Positions 41,919 to 52,280 are shown, counted from the stretch's first letter. The stretch is DNA of 64,000 nt from an uncultured bacterium (GCA_963749495.1 CAVVMW010000021.1:384001-448000), one strand, 5' to 3'. Notes: a model not told the origin generated them from the letters alone. Numbers and translations: made by a program.

Positions 41919-42776
41919 TTGATGAACGACGCTCCCATCTGGGTCACCGGCGCGGCGGGCTTGATCGGGCATTACCTGGTGCAGACCGCGCCCAATGGGG
42001 CGCCCGGCGCCAGGACGGTGGGCCTGACTCAAGCGGAGGTGGACCTCCTGGATTTCCAGGCCGTGCGCCGCCAGTTCCGCCGGCAGCGCCCGCGGCTCGT
42101 CATCCATTGCGCCGCCCTGAGCCAGAGTCCCGAGTGCCAGGCCCACCCTGCCCTGGCCAGGCGTCTCAACCTCCAGGCCACCGCCTTGCTCGCAGACCTG
42201 GCCGCCGACATCCCCTTCTTCTTCTTCTCGTCCGATCTGGTCTTCGACGGCAAGCAAGGCAATTACGACGAATCGGCCCCGGTCAATCCCCTGAGCGTCT
42301 ATGCCGAGACCAAAGCCGCCGCCGAACAGGTCGTCCTGGCCAACCCCAAACACACGGTCGTCCGCACTTCGCTCAACGGCGGCGTCTCCCTCACCGGCCG
42401 GCGCGGCTTCAACGAGCAGATACGCCTGGCCTGGCAGGCCGGGCAGACCTTGCGCCTTTTCAAGGATGAGTTCCGCAGCCCGATCCACGCCCGCGTAACC
42501 GCCCGGGCCGTCTGGGAGTTGGCCGCCCTCAACAAACACGGCCTCTACCATGTCGCCGGCAGCGAGCGCCTCTCGCGTCTGCAGATCGGCCAACTCCTGG
42601 CGGCGCGCTGGCCCCACCTCCAGCCGCGCATCCTAACCGCCTCGCTCCAGGAATACACCGGCGCTCCGCGCCCGCCCGATACCTCGCTCAACAGCGCTAA
42701 GGCCCAGCAACTGCTCTCCTTTGCCCTGCCCGGCCTGACCCAGTGGCTGGCCCAGCGCCCCAACGAGGTGTTCTGA
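41919..42776 (+). CDS. dTDP-4-dehydrorhamnose reductase-like SDR
   Basis: GAAGLIG, SSDLVFDG, YAETK and RPPDTSL. Confidence 0.85.
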   Translation: MMNDAPIWVTGAAGLIGHYLVQTAPNGAPGARTVGLTQAEVDLLDFQAVRRQFRRQRPRLVIHCAALSQSPECQAHPALARRLNLQATALLADLAADIPFFFFSSDLVFDGKQGNYDESAPVNPLSVYAETKAAAEQVVLANPKHTVVRTSLNGGVSLTGRRGFNEQIRLAWQAGQTLRLFKDEFRSPIHARVTARAVWELAALNKHGLYHVAGSERLSRLQIGQLLAARWPHLQPRILTASLQEYTGAPRPPDTSLNSAKAQQLLSFALPGLTQWLAQRPNEVF

Positions 42777-42831
42777 CGCCCGACGGAAGGATCAACCACG
42801 CATGAATAAACTGAGAAATCCGTCAACCTGA

Positions 42832-43674
42832 ATGTCTCCGATCCCCTACCGCGGCCGCCTGGCGCCCTCGCCGACCGGCTTGCTGCACCTGGGCCATGCG
42901 CGGACCTTTTGGATGGCCCAGCAACGGGCCCGGCGCCACAACGGGGCGCTGGTCTTGCGCAATGAAGACCTCGACCCCGCGCGCTCGCGCCCGCAATATG
43001 TCGCCGCGATGCTCGAGGACCTGCGCTGGTTCGGCTTTCAATGGCAGGAGGGACCGGATTGCGGCGGGCCTTATGGGCCCTATTCGCAAAGCGAGCGCCG
43101 CCCGCATTACCTGGCCGCCTTCGAACGGTTGCGCAAGAGCGGCGCTATCTATCCGTGTGTCTGTTCGCGCCGGGACGTCCTGCGCGCCCTGCACGCCCCT
43201 CATGCCGGCGAAGACGAGGCCATCTACCCGGGCACCTGCCGGCCTCGACCCTCGAGCCCAGACCCTCGATTGCGCGCCCCGTGCAACTGGCGGTTCCAGG
43301 TGCCTGACGGCCAGGCGATTCGCTTTGTGGATGGTCATTATGGCCCGCAGGAATTTGTTGCGGGTAGCGATTTCGGAGATTTCGTGGTCTGGCGCCATGA
43401 CGATGTGCCGTCCTACCAGCTCGCGGTGGTCCTGGACGATGCCGGGATGCGGATGACCGAGGTGGTCCGGGGCCAGGACCTGCTCAAGTCCACCGCGCGC
43501 CAGCTCCTCCTCTACCGGGCGCTCGGATTGAGGCCACCTGAGTTTTATCACTGTCCGCTGGTCACCGATGCCTTGGGGGCGCGCCTGGCCAAGCGGCACG
43601 ACGCCCTGAGCCTGCGCGCCTTGCGGGCCCAGGGACTCGCCCCGGAGAGGTTGCGGGAAACGTGGGGTAAGTAG
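42832..43674 (+). CDS. gluQ: tRNA glutamyl-Q(34) synthetase
   Basis: RLAPSPTG, HLGH, YQLAVVLDD and RLAKR; no anticodon domain. Confidence 0.92.
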   Translation: MSPIPYRGRLAPSPTGLLHLGHARTFWMAQQRARRHNGALVLRNEDLDPARSRPQYVAAMLEDLRWFGFQWQEGPDCGGPYGPYSQSERRPHYLAAFERLRKSGAIYPCVCSRRDVLRALHAPHAGEDEAIYPGTCRPRPSSPDPRLRAPCNWRFQVPDGQAIRFVDGHYGPQEFVAGSDFGDFVVWRHDDVPSYQLAVVLDDAGMRMTEVVRGQDLLKSTARQLLLYRALGLRPPEFYHCPLVTDALGARLAKRHDALSLRALRAQGLAPERLRETWGK

Positions 43675-43965
43675 CGTGGGGCGCCATTCACGCAACTGCC
43701 TGGCACCGCGTAGCGGTGCCTGACGGTAGCCGTGGACTTCCAGTCCACGGACTGCTGGCTGGAGAACAGCTTGCGTCGCGTAGCGACGCCTGAAAACAGG
43801 ATCCGCCCGGCCAATGACAAGCTTTCCGGCGTCGCTACGCGACGCGTGCCCCTTCCAACGTCCTGGACCGTGGACCGAGGTCCACGGCTACCTTCACTGC
43901 GTCGCTCCGCGACGCCCAGCGCCCTGGACCATGGACCGCGTCGCTACGGGACACACCCGCCGCGC

Positions 43966-45234
43966 CTACACGAAGATCGTCTGTTCCCGCCCTGGCCCGA
44001 CCGAGGCGATAGCGAGTTTGGCGCCGGTGAGTTCGGCCAGGGCCTTGAGATAGACGCGTGCTTTGTGAGGCAGGTCCTTCCATTTGCGGGTGTTGTGGAT
44101 CGGGCAACGCCAGCCTGGAAACTCGGCATAGACCGGTTTGCAGCGCTCCAGCACCTCGATGTCGTTGGGCACGTAATCGTAGCGCGCCTTTCCATCCTGG
44201 TAGGCAACGCAGAGACGGATCGTCTCGACGGAATCCAGTCCATCGAGATTGGTCACGGCCAGGTCGTCGATGCCGTTGACGATGGCAGCGTGATGGGTGG
44301 CGACGGCATCGAACCAGCCGCAACGGCGCGGCCGGCCCGTGGTGGCGCCAAACTCGCGGCCCATGGCATGGAGCATGTCGGCTATCTCGGCATTCTCGGT
44401 TGGCAGGGGCCCCTCGCCCACGCGCGTGGTATAGGCCTTCATGACGCCGACGACCCGGTCTATGCGGTGCGGGGGGATGCCGGAGCCGGTGCAGGCCCCG
44501 CCGGCCGTGGTGTTCGAGGAGGTCACGAACGGATAGGTGCCGTGGTCGATGTCCAGAAACGTCCCTTGCGCCCCTTCGAACAGGATGTCGTCGCCCCGCC
44601 GGACCGCCTCGTGCAGGAGGATGACGGTGTTGGTCACCAAGGGCCTGAGGAAATCCCCTGCCGCGCGGTAGGCGGCATGGACCTTTTTGAACGAGAGCGG
44701 TTTGGCGCCGAAGGCCCGGAGGACCTCGTTGTTCTCCCGGATCTTGGCCCGGAGCAGGGTCTCGAACCGCCGGGCATTGATCAGGTCAATGACCCGCAGG
44801 CCGGTGCGCGCGGCCTTGTCGCCGTAGGCGGGCCCGATCCCGCGTTTGGTGGTGCCGATCTTGTTCCTGCCCTTGAGGGTTTCGCGCTGGGCATCCAGTT
44901 CGCGGTGATACGGCAGGACCACGTGCGCCGTCTCGCTCAGGAACAGGTTGCCATCGATCTCGATGCCCAATTTGCGAAGCGATTGGATCTCCTCGACCAG
45001 GCCCACCGGGTCCACGACCACGCCGTTGCCGATCACGCAGATCTTGTTCTTGCGCAATATGCCGGACGGGACCAGGTGGAGGATGTATTTCTGCTCGTTG
45101 AGGTGGACGGTGTGGCCGGCATTGTTGCCGCCCTGGGTGCGGACCACCACGTCCGCCTGCTCGGTCAGCACGTTGATGATCTTGCCCTTGCCTTCATCGC
45201 CCCATTGGGCGCCGACTAGGATGGTATTGGCCAT
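43966..45234 (-). CDS. purA: Adenylosuccinate synthetase
   Basis: QWGDEGKGK, GGNNAGHT, EGAQG and GATTGRPRRCGW. Confidence 0.98.
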   Translation of the reverse strand: MANTILVGAQWGDEGKGKIINVLTEQADVVVRTQGGNNAGHTVHLNEQKYILHLVPSGILRKNKICVIGNGVVVDPVGLVEEIQSLRKLGIEIDGNLFLSETAHVVLPYHRELDAQRETLKGRNKIGTTKRGIGPAYGDKAARTGLRVIDLINARRFETLLRAKIRENNEVLRAFGAKPLSFKKVHAAYRAAGDFLRPLVTNTVILLHEAVRRGDDILFEGAQGTFLDIDHGTYPFVTSSNTTAGGACTGSGIPPHRIDRVVGVMKAYTTRVGEGPLPTENAEIADMLHAMGREFGATTGRPRRCGWFDAVATHHAAIVNGIDDLAVTNLDGLDSVETIRLCVAYQDGKARYDYVPNDIEVLERCKPVYAEFPGWRCPIHNTRKWKDLPHKARVYLKALAELTGAKLAIASVGPGREQTIFV

Positions 45235-45758
45235 AAAGTGGCAAAGCGCTCAGCCTTTGCGCGCTGAACCTAGGAGCAGGCCCGTCAAGTGTCAACCTCC
45301 AAGGATCACATTGAGCGGTCCCGGGCGTCGCGCACCCGGTAATGGACGCCCAGACGCAAGCGCGTCATCTCCCCGGGCGTCGCGATGGGGAACGTCACGC
45401 TTGCCCCGTCCGCCTTCACCCGGAAGTCCTGTTCGTCTTTGTTGACTGGCCGCGCCCTGCTTACCACGCCCGCCCTGAACAGAGGAAGCACAAACCCTCC
45501 GCAGGTTCCGCGCCGGGCGTATCCCGACACTGCCGCCGCCGGACGCGGCGGGGGCGGGGAGCGCACCCATTCGCGGGCGCACTCCTGGGCAGTCTCGGAA
45601 TGCGCGGCAGGGCCGAAGGCCCGTCATGTGATAGCCTGGGCTGGAGCGAAGCGGAGGCCCAGGTAGGCGAGTGCCCCTCGGAACGGCCCCGGGCTGTAAG
45701 GCCGGGACACGTTGCCCAGGAGCCCGAGCCTTGTGGCGCCCCTACAGGGGAATGGCGC

Positions 45759-47225
45759 TTACATAAGACCGAGCTTGCGCAAACGGGCCCTGGTGCGGCG
45801 CGTGTGACGTTTGAGATGATCGCGGAACCTGCGGCGGGGTGCGTTGAGCCGCGGGTATTTGTTTTTCTTGCGTTTGACGGCGCGCGGCTCGCGTCGGTTT
45901 GGCCGCTCGGGGACCAAATCGGCGGCTAGCGTTTCGAGCAGATCGGACCACAGTTGGCGGCGTTTCTTTTTGGAGCGGGCTTGGGCCATGGCCTGGGTAA
46001 AGTGCCGGATTGCGTCCAGCGAGCCTTTGAAGCTGATGCGCTCCAGGGGCACCTCATGTTCGGTGGCGGCCTGAGCCATGGTGCCACGGATGAGATTGTG
46101 GGCGATGAGGCGCGTGTAGGCCTCTTTGCGAACCATGTTCGGGCTGCGCCCGCGGAGGGTCTCCATTTCCAGAGTGGTTTTCAGGTCATCCAGGCACATC
46201 TCCAGGCGCCACCGCCGCAAGTAAGCGCGGAGGATCTGCTCGGCGGGGTAGAGTTCTGGGTCCAAGAGCGTGGTCACCAGTTTGACCTGGCGTACGCGGA
46301 AGCCTTTCTGATAGCAACTGCCCTTGACCACGCGCACCGTCAACTGGCTGGGCAAGCCAATCCATTGGAGCAGCGTCAGCCAGGGAGCCCGGCGCTGGGG
46401 TTTTTCCCACACGAAGAGCCAGTCGTTTCTGCCCAAGCGGCGGAGCCGCCTTCGCCCATCGAGCCGGCGCGTGGACCGCCCGATGAAGTCCACGTTCAGA
46501 AGGTGCTTGAGCCAGGCGAGGACCGCGTAAAAACCGAAGCCGCGGTCTGCCACCAGGATATCCCCGGCCGCCAACTGGGTGCTGAGCAGCGTCAACAACG
46601 ACAGTTCGGAGACCGCCAAGCTGCCTTGGGCCATGGCCAGGATCGCGCCGCTGAGCATGGAAAAGAGCACGACGATGCGCATCTTGGGGAAGCTGGGTTT
46701 GTCGGCGCACTGCATGGGGGGATACGCCCTTCGGTTTTTGCGCGTGTCGGCCAGTGTGAGCGCCGAGCCGTCGGCGGCCTTGAGGGGCCGGCCTTGGAGT
46801 TGGGTCAGGGCCGGGACTTGCTTGTCGGCGGCCCGGGCGGTGGCGGCCAAAACCTTGGGGAATTCCCTGAGAGGCAGCCGGGCCTTGGCGCGGCAGTAGG
46901 CGCCGTCCTCGGGGGAGATCTGGGGGCCGTCTTCCAAGAGGAAGAGGGCCTGGAGTTGGCGCACGACCTCGCGCCCGGAGGCGTCGGGGTTGAGGGCTTG
47001 CCAGACCATGCACCAGAAGGTGCGCCAGCGGGTGTAGTCGCGGTCGCGGCAGTTTTTGTGGGCGGAGGCCTTGGCCTTGGGAAAGCACTCCTGGGGTACC
47101 GAGGAGGAGAAGCACTTTTCCAGTTGGCAGAGGGTATAGGCGCGGACCTGGCGGCAGGCGTGGGCGGTGCGGGAACCCAAGCGGGCCAGGCGAGAGCGCC
47201 AGGGTGCGAAAAAGGGCGTGTGCAT
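45759..47225 (-). CDS. IS4-family DDE transposase
   Basis: ADGS, ADRGF and Y..RW..E...LK (YREK) motifs. Confidence 0.93.
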   Translation of the reverse strand: MHTPFFAPWRSRLARLGSRTAHACRQVRAYTLCQLEKCFSSSVPQECFPKAKASAHKNCRDRDYTRWRTFWCMVWQALNPDASGREVVRQLQALFLLEDGPQISPEDGAYCRAKARLPLREFPKVLAATARAADKQVPALTQLQGRPLKAADGSALTLADTRKNRRAYPPMQCADKPSFPKMRIVVLFSMLSGAILAMAQGSLAVSELSLLTLLSTQLAAGDILVADRGFGFYAVLAWLKHLLNVDFIGRSTRRLDGRRRLRRLGRNDWLFVWEKPQRRAPWLTLLQWIGLPSQLTVRVVKGSCYQKGFRVRQVKLVTTLLDPELYPAEQILRAYLRRWRLEMCLDDLKTTLEMETLRGRSPNMVRKEAYTRLIAHNLIRGTMAQAATEHEVPLERISFKGSLDAIRHFTQAMAQARSKKKRRQLWSDLLETLAADLVPERPNRREPRAVKRKKNKYPRLNAPRRRFRDHLKRHTRRTRARLRKLGLM

Positions 47226-47245
47226 GTCCAGTATATATACTGGAC
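47226..47245. promoter_or_regulatory. Perfect 20-bp palindrome, putative operator
   Basis: GTCCAGTATATATACTGGAC lies between the divergent IS genes and abuts the transposase start codon. Confidence 0.5.
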
Positions 47246-47277
47246 TATGCTTGACCGGCAAGCTAAAATTGAGGCCG

Positions 47278-47628
47278 ATGAACAAAAATCTGGATAAGGG
47301 CACCGCCTCCTGGGACCGGCAATACGAGCAATTGCGACGCCGTTTGAGCCAAATAGGCTACCTCAGCCAGGGCTCGGTGCAGGACCGCACGCGGCGCTCG
47401 GGCGGAGGTGCCGGTTACCAGTGGACGCGCAAAGTCGCGCAGAAGACGATCACCGTCTCACTAACCCAGGAGGAGTTCGAGCAGATGCGCCAAGCGGTTA
47501 ACCACTACCGACAGGTGCGGGGGCTGTTGCGTGACATGGAGCGGCTGTCCCGCAAGATTATCTTCCAGAGGGCACCTCATCCCCATCAACGCAAGCGCCT
47601 AAGCGCCAAAGTTTTAGGCACTAAGTAA
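47278..47628 (+). CDS. DUF6788-like IS accessory protein
   Basis: L..IG.L..GSV...YQWTRKV..KT.TV.L; its stop codon lies within the right TIR. Confidence 0.75.
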   Translation: MNKNLDKGTASWDRQYEQLRRRLSQIGYLSQGSVQDRTRRSGGGAGYQWTRKVAQKTITVSLTQEEFEQMRQAVNHYRQVRGLLRDMERLSRKIIFQRAPHPHQRKRLSAKVLGTK

Positions 47629-47838
47629 GTGCCATTCCCCCTACAGGGCGCGGCACAGGAGGGCATCGTGACCTGGGCCTCCGCTCGTAAGCTCGCTCCA
47701 GCCCAAGCTCTCACATCTCGGGCTTTCAGCCCGAGGACCGGCCCGCCCCGGGGGCAGTACCGGGTTGCGGCCTGCTGCGTGGTCTGCGGGCACTTCGGAG
47801 GCTGGACAGAAGCAGGCGCTTTTGAAAGCATCTCATCA

Positions 47839-48445
47839 GTGAAACAATCGATCGTGACACTGGATATGGAGGGGGTCCTGACCCCCGAGATCTGGATTGC
47901 CGTGGCCGAGAAGACGGGCATCAAGGAACTCCGGCGCACGACCCGCGATGAGCCCGATTATGTCAAGCTGATGCGGGGACGGCTGGAAATCCTCGACCGG
48001 CACTGCTTGAAGCTGGCGGACATTCAACAGGTCATCGCCACGCTGCGGCCCCTGCCGGGCGCCAGGGAGTTTCTCGATGACCTGCGATCCCAGGTCCAGA
48101 CGATCATCCTCTCGGACACCTTCGAGCAGTTCGCCGCCCCGCTCCTGCGCCAGCTCGGCTGGCCCACCCTGCTCTGCCATCGGCTCGTGGTCCAGGACGG
48201 CCGCATCGCCGGTTACCAATTGCGCATCCCGGAGCAAAAGCAGCGCGCCGTGGCCGCCTTCAAGCTCCTCAACTACCACGTCATCGCCGCCGGAGATTCC
48301 TTCAACGATACCGCCATGCTCGCCGAGGCCCACGTCGGCTTGCCTCTTCCGCGCCCCGGACAACGTCAGATGCCAGTTCCCGCAGTTCCAGGCCGTCGAA
48401 TGCTATCCCAACCTGATGCGCTTAATCCAAGGCGCGATGGCGTAG
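47839..48445 (+). CDS. thrH: Phosphoserine phosphatase / homoserine phosphotransferase; frameshift near 48340
   Basis: LDMEGVL.PEIW, TTRDEPDY, LSDTF and AGDSFNDT.ML; LFRAPDNV follows in the shifted frame. Confidence 0.88.
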
Positions 48446-48511
48446 GCAGAAACCCGAAACCCGAAATCCGAAGCAGGCAGAAAAATGGGGGCAGAAAAAT
48501 AGGAAATAAAC

Positions 48512-49180
48512 TCATTTTCCTTCCCCCATCTTTCTGCCAACATCGGCCACTGGAGTCCTCCGCCCAATCCGATTTTCCGTGCCGCTGAGCAGCCGCCGGA
48601 TATTGGCCCGGTGCTGATACACCGCCAGCACCGCCATGGCAGCGGTGACGGCTGTGAGCGTGGAGTCCCGCTTGGTCAACCCGGCCGCCAACGGCAGGGC
48701 CACCGCGGCGGCCAGCGAGGCCAGCGAGGCATAGCGGCTCAAGACCAGCACAACGATCCATATAACCAGGATGATGGCCAGCGCCAGCGGCACCAACGCC
48801 GCCACGACGCCCGCGGAAGTGGCGATGCCCTTGCCGCCCTTGAAATAAAGCCAGCAGGTGTAGTTGTGCCCGAGGATGGCGCCGAGGCCGGCGCAAATCT
48901 GCAGCCACTCGGTTGTGTGCGCCCCGTCGGCGGGGGCTAACCAGCCCGAAACCAGTTTGGCCAATACCGCAACCGCCAGCAAACCCTTGGCCGCATCGGC
49001 CAGCAGAACGAACAGGCCCGCGGGCACGCCCAGGTGGCGGAAGACATTCGTGGCGCCGATGTTCCCGCTGCCCACCGAGCGGATGTCAATGCCCCGCGCC
49101 TTGGCCACCAGGAAGCCCGTGGGAATCGAGCCCAGCAAATAGGCGCCCAGCGCCACTACGATGTAACCAACAATCAACAC
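48512..49180 (-). CDS. plsY: Glycerol-3-phosphate acyltransferase
   Basis: YLLGSIP, GSGNIGATN, FKGGKGIAT and HRANI.RL..G.E. Confidence 0.95.
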   Translation of the reverse strand: MLIVGYIVVALGAYLLGSIPTGFLVAKARGIDIRSVGSGNIGATNVFRHLGVPAGLFVLLADAAKGLLAVAVLAKLVSGWLAPADGAHTTEWLQICAGLGAILGHNYTCWLYFKGGKGIATSAGVVAALVPLALAIILVIWIVVLVLSRYASLASLAAAVALPLAAGLTKRDSTLTAVTAAMAVLAVYQHRANIRRLLSGTENRIGRRTPVADVGRKMGEGK

Positions 49181-49455
49181 GACAATAATTTATCCCCCAA
49201 AAACCAAAAGTTGAAAGTCAAAATGCGTCTTCGGATGGGCGTATCCTGACACTGCCCCCGGAGTGCGCCCGTCCCCGGGCGCAGCAGCAACGGTGCGGGC
49301 AGGAGCGCCGGAGTACTTGACCGCTGCCCTGGCTGCGGACGTCGCTGCGCCCGAGGACGGGCGCACTCCCATCTCGCCGCAGCCGGTGGGGGCGGTGTCG
49401 GGATACGCCCTCTTTGGATTGTCACTGGCGCCCGGTTGATGGCACACTGGGCCGG

Positions 49456-50499
49456 ATGACTACGGACCATGCGCCGCAAGCTCCGGAGAATGTCCGGGTG
49501 TCGGTCCTGGGCGCCGGCTCGCTGGGCAAGGAGCACGCGCGCATCTACGCCGAATTGGCGGCCGGCGGGCTGGCGGACTTCGTCGGCGTGTACGATGTCG
49601 CCGCCGAGACCGCGCGGCGGGTTGCCGGGAAATACGGCGTGCGTGCCTTCGGTTCGGTCGCCGAGGCCGCCGCCGCCTGCGACGCCGCCAGCGTCGTCAC
49701 CCCCACCTCGGCCCATTATGAATTGGCCGGGGGCCTGCTGCGTCAGGGCAAACACGTCCTGGTCGAGAAACCAATGACCGACAGCGCCGCCCGCGCGGCC
49801 GAACTGGTCCAGTTGGCCCGGCAGCAACGCTGCGTCCTCCAGGTGGGCCATGTCGAACGCTTCAACCCCGTCTTCAAATACCTGGAGACCGTCGCCACCG
49901 ACCCGCGCTTCATCGAGGCCCACCGCCTCTCCCCCTACCCTGCCCGGAGCACCAACATCGGCGTGGTGCTCGACCTGATGATCCATGATCTGGACGTCGT
50001 CCTGGCCTTCGTGAAATCGCCCGTGACCAGTGTGGACGCCGTCGGCATCCCCGTTCTGAGCCAGTCGGAGGACATCGCCAATGCGCGGCTGCGCTTCGCC
50101 AACGGCTGCGTCGCCAATCTCACCGCCAGCCGCGTGAGCCCCGAGCGCATGCGCAAGATACGCGTCTTCAGCGGCGGCCCCACTACCAGTTACATCTCGC
50201 TGGACTACCGCGCCCAGGAGGGTTTCATCTATCGCATCGCTCGCAGCAACGAGGCGGAGAGTTCCCTCCTAAAAAAGCTGCTCCACGGCAAAGACACCGC
50301 CATCGTCAGCGAATTCGGCGGCAAACGCATCGTGCGCGAACCGGTCCCCATTGCCAAGGAAGAGCCCCTCAAGCTCGAACTGCAGGACTTCGTCCAATGC
50401 GTTCGCGCCCACCGGACACCGTTGGTCAGCGGCGAATCGGCCAAGCGCGCCCTGGACCTCGCCTTTGAGATTACGAGCCAGATTCGGGAGCTGCCGTGA
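49456..50499 (+). CDS. Gfo/Idh/MocA oxidoreductase (GnnA-like)
   Basis: GAGSLG, VEKP, GHVERFNP and DLMIHDLD; 4-bp overlap with lpxB. Confidence 0.85.
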   Translation: MTTDHAPQAPENVRVSVLGAGSLGKEHARIYAELAAGGLADFVGVYDVAAETARRVAGKYGVRAFGSVAEAAAACDAASVVTPTSAHYELAGGLLRQGKHVLVEKPMTDSAARAAELVQLARQQRCVLQVGHVERFNPVFKYLETVATDPRFIEAHRLSPYPARSTNIGVVLDLMIHDLDVVLAFVKSPVTSVDAVGIPVLSQSEDIANARLRFANGCVANLTASRVSPERMRKIRVFSGGPTTSYISLDYRAQEGFIYRIARSNEAESSLLKKLLHGKDTAIVSEFGGKRIVREPVPIAKEEPLKLELQDFVQCVRAHRTPLVSGESAKRALDLAFEITSQIRELP

Positions 50500-51845
50500 G
50501 ACCCAGGAGCCTCATGCTGATCGCCGGCGAGGCCAGCGGCGACACACTCGCGGCGGAGTTGGTCCAGGCCCTCCGCCTGGAATTCGGGCTGGCGCTGGCG
50601 GCGGCGGCCCCCAGCCGGGATTCCCAGCCCTTGCGCGCCGGGCTGGAGCCGCGCTTTTTCGGCGCCGGCGGCCCGCGCATGGCCGCCGCGGGAGTCGAGT
50701 TGGCCTTCGATATGACTGCCCATTCGGTCCTCGGGTTGTCGGACGTGCTGCGGGACCTTCTGAAATTCCGCCGGCTCTTCGACCGTTTGTTCGGCCTGGC
50801 CCTGGACCGCCAGCCCGACGCCATCATCTGCGTGGATTTCTCCGGCTTCAATCGCCGCTTTGCCCATGCTGTCCGCAACTACACCCGATCCCGCTGCGAT
50901 TGGTTTCACGACTGGAACCCCAGGCTCATCCAGTACGTCTCACCCCAGGTCTGGGCCTCGCGCGAAGGGCGCGCCCGCAAGATGGCGCGGGACTGTGATT
51001 TGCTGCTGAGCATCCTCCCTTTCGAAAGGGCCTGGTTCGCGCAGCGCCTGCCCGCCTTCCGGGTCGAGTTCGTCGGCCATCCCATGGTGGACCGCTGCGC
51101 GGGGCCAGTGGGGCAGACCTCTGGTCTGCCGGTTAGGGGGGCCTCTGGCCCCGTGGGTGCCGAGTTGCCGGGCGCGCCGTCTGCCAAGATCGACACGCCT
51201 CCAGAGGAGGCGCTAACCGGCAGACCAGAGGTCTGCCCCACGGTCCTGCTCCTGCCCGGCAGCCGCCCCGGCGAGTTGCGCCGCCATCTGCCCGTCCTGC
51301 TCGAGGCCGCCAGGCTGATTGCCGCAGAATTGCCCGCCTCGTTCCGCATGATCCTCCCCGACGAGACCCTGGCCAGGTCCGTCCAATCGCTGCTCACCCG
51401 GGCGCAAGGCCAGGCCCCGCCCCTCCCTATCCAGGTCCAGACCGGCGGGCTTGCCGAGGCGCTCGCCCGGGCGGACCTGGCTTTGACCAAGTCCGGCACG
51501 ATCACCCTCGAGTGCGCCTTCTTCGGCGTGCCTGCGATCGTGTTCTACAAGACATCCCTGATCACTTACCTCGCCGCAAAACAGATCGTCAAAGTGAAGT
51601 ACATCGCCATGCCCAACCTGCTGGCGGGCCAACCGCTCTTCCCCGAGTTCATCCAGGGCGCCGCCACGCCCCGGAACATCGCCCGTGCCGCCGTGGCGCT
51701 CCTGCGCGACGAACCGCGCCGCGCCGCCATCAAAGCCCGCGTCGCCCAAGTCGTCTCCGCCCTTGGCCCTGCCGGCGCCAGCCGCCGCGCCGCCCGCGCC
51801 ATCGTCCGGCTCCTGGAGGGCGAGGGTCCAGTGCCACCAAGGTGA
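50496..51845 (+). CDS. lpxB: Lipid-A-disaccharide synthase
   Basis: AGEASGD, YVSPQVWA, FVGHP, LLPGSR and SGTITLE. Confidence 0.95.
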   Translation: MRPRSLMLIAGEASGDTLAAELVQALRLEFGLALAAAAPSRDSQPLRAGLEPRFFGAGGPRMAAAGVELAFDMTAHSVLGLSDVLRDLLKFRRLFDRLFGLALDRQPDAIICVDFSGFNRRFAHAVRNYTRSRCDWFHDWNPRLIQYVSPQVWASREGRARKMARDCDLLLSILPFERAWFAQRLPAFRVEFVGHPMVDRCAGPVGQTSGLPVRGASGPVGAELPGAPSAKIDTPPEEALTGRPEVCPTVLLLPGSRPGELRRHLPVLLEAARLIAAELPASFRMILPDETLARSVQSLLTRAQGQAPPLPIQVQTGGLAEALARADLALTKSGTITLECAFFGVPAIVFYKTSLITYLAAKQIVKVKYIAMPNLLAGQPLFPEFIQGAATPRNIARAAVALLRDEPRRAAIKARVAQVVSALGPAGASRRAARAIVRLLEGEGPVPPR

Positions 51846-52131
51846 ATGAATTGCCTAAACCAAGACCCTTTCGCGCGTCCACCATCAGCCACTGCTACGC
51901 AGTGAGCGGGACGCACCGCGCGCGTCGCGTAGCGACGCAGTGATGGTAGCCGTGGACCTCGGTCCACGGTTTGCAGCGCGGGAAGGATCGAGCGTCGCGT
52001 AGCGACGCCTGACAGCCTGCAACTGGCGGATCGCATCCTGTTTTCAGGCGTCGCTACGCGACGCTGGCGAGCTTGGCCCATGGGTCCGTGGACTGGAAGT
52101 CCACGGCTACCATCAGGCACCGCTACGCGGT

Positions 52132-52280
52132 GAGCAGGCCGTCCGCCGCAACCCGGACCGTTTTCCTGCTGACATCATGTTTGAACTGGGGAGCCACGAA
52201 GTGGCTGCCCTGGTGTCACAAAATGTGATACCTGGCCGCGGCAAGCTTGGCGGAGCCCCGCCCATGGCCTTCACCGAGCA
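52132..52280 (+). pseudogene. ORF6N domain fragment (C-terminal part)
   Basis: QAVRRNPDRFPADIMFEL...SQNVI...PMAFTEQGVAMLS. Confidence 0.75.

Larger units (their letters stand above)
45750..47637. mobile_element. Complete IS4-family insertion sequence, 1888 bp
   Basis: TIRs GAATGGCGCTTAC (45750-45762) and GTAAGTGCCATTC (47625-47637); 11-bp TSD CCCCTACAGGG at 45739-45749 and 47638-47648. Confidence 0.92.

Noticed and set aside
45306..45566. Small ORF upstream of purA
   Set aside because: It partly overlaps repeat sequence and has no recognisable motif or clear start.
47226..47245. LexA SOS box
   Set aside because: The arms read CAG...CTG, not the CTGT-N8-ACAG pattern.
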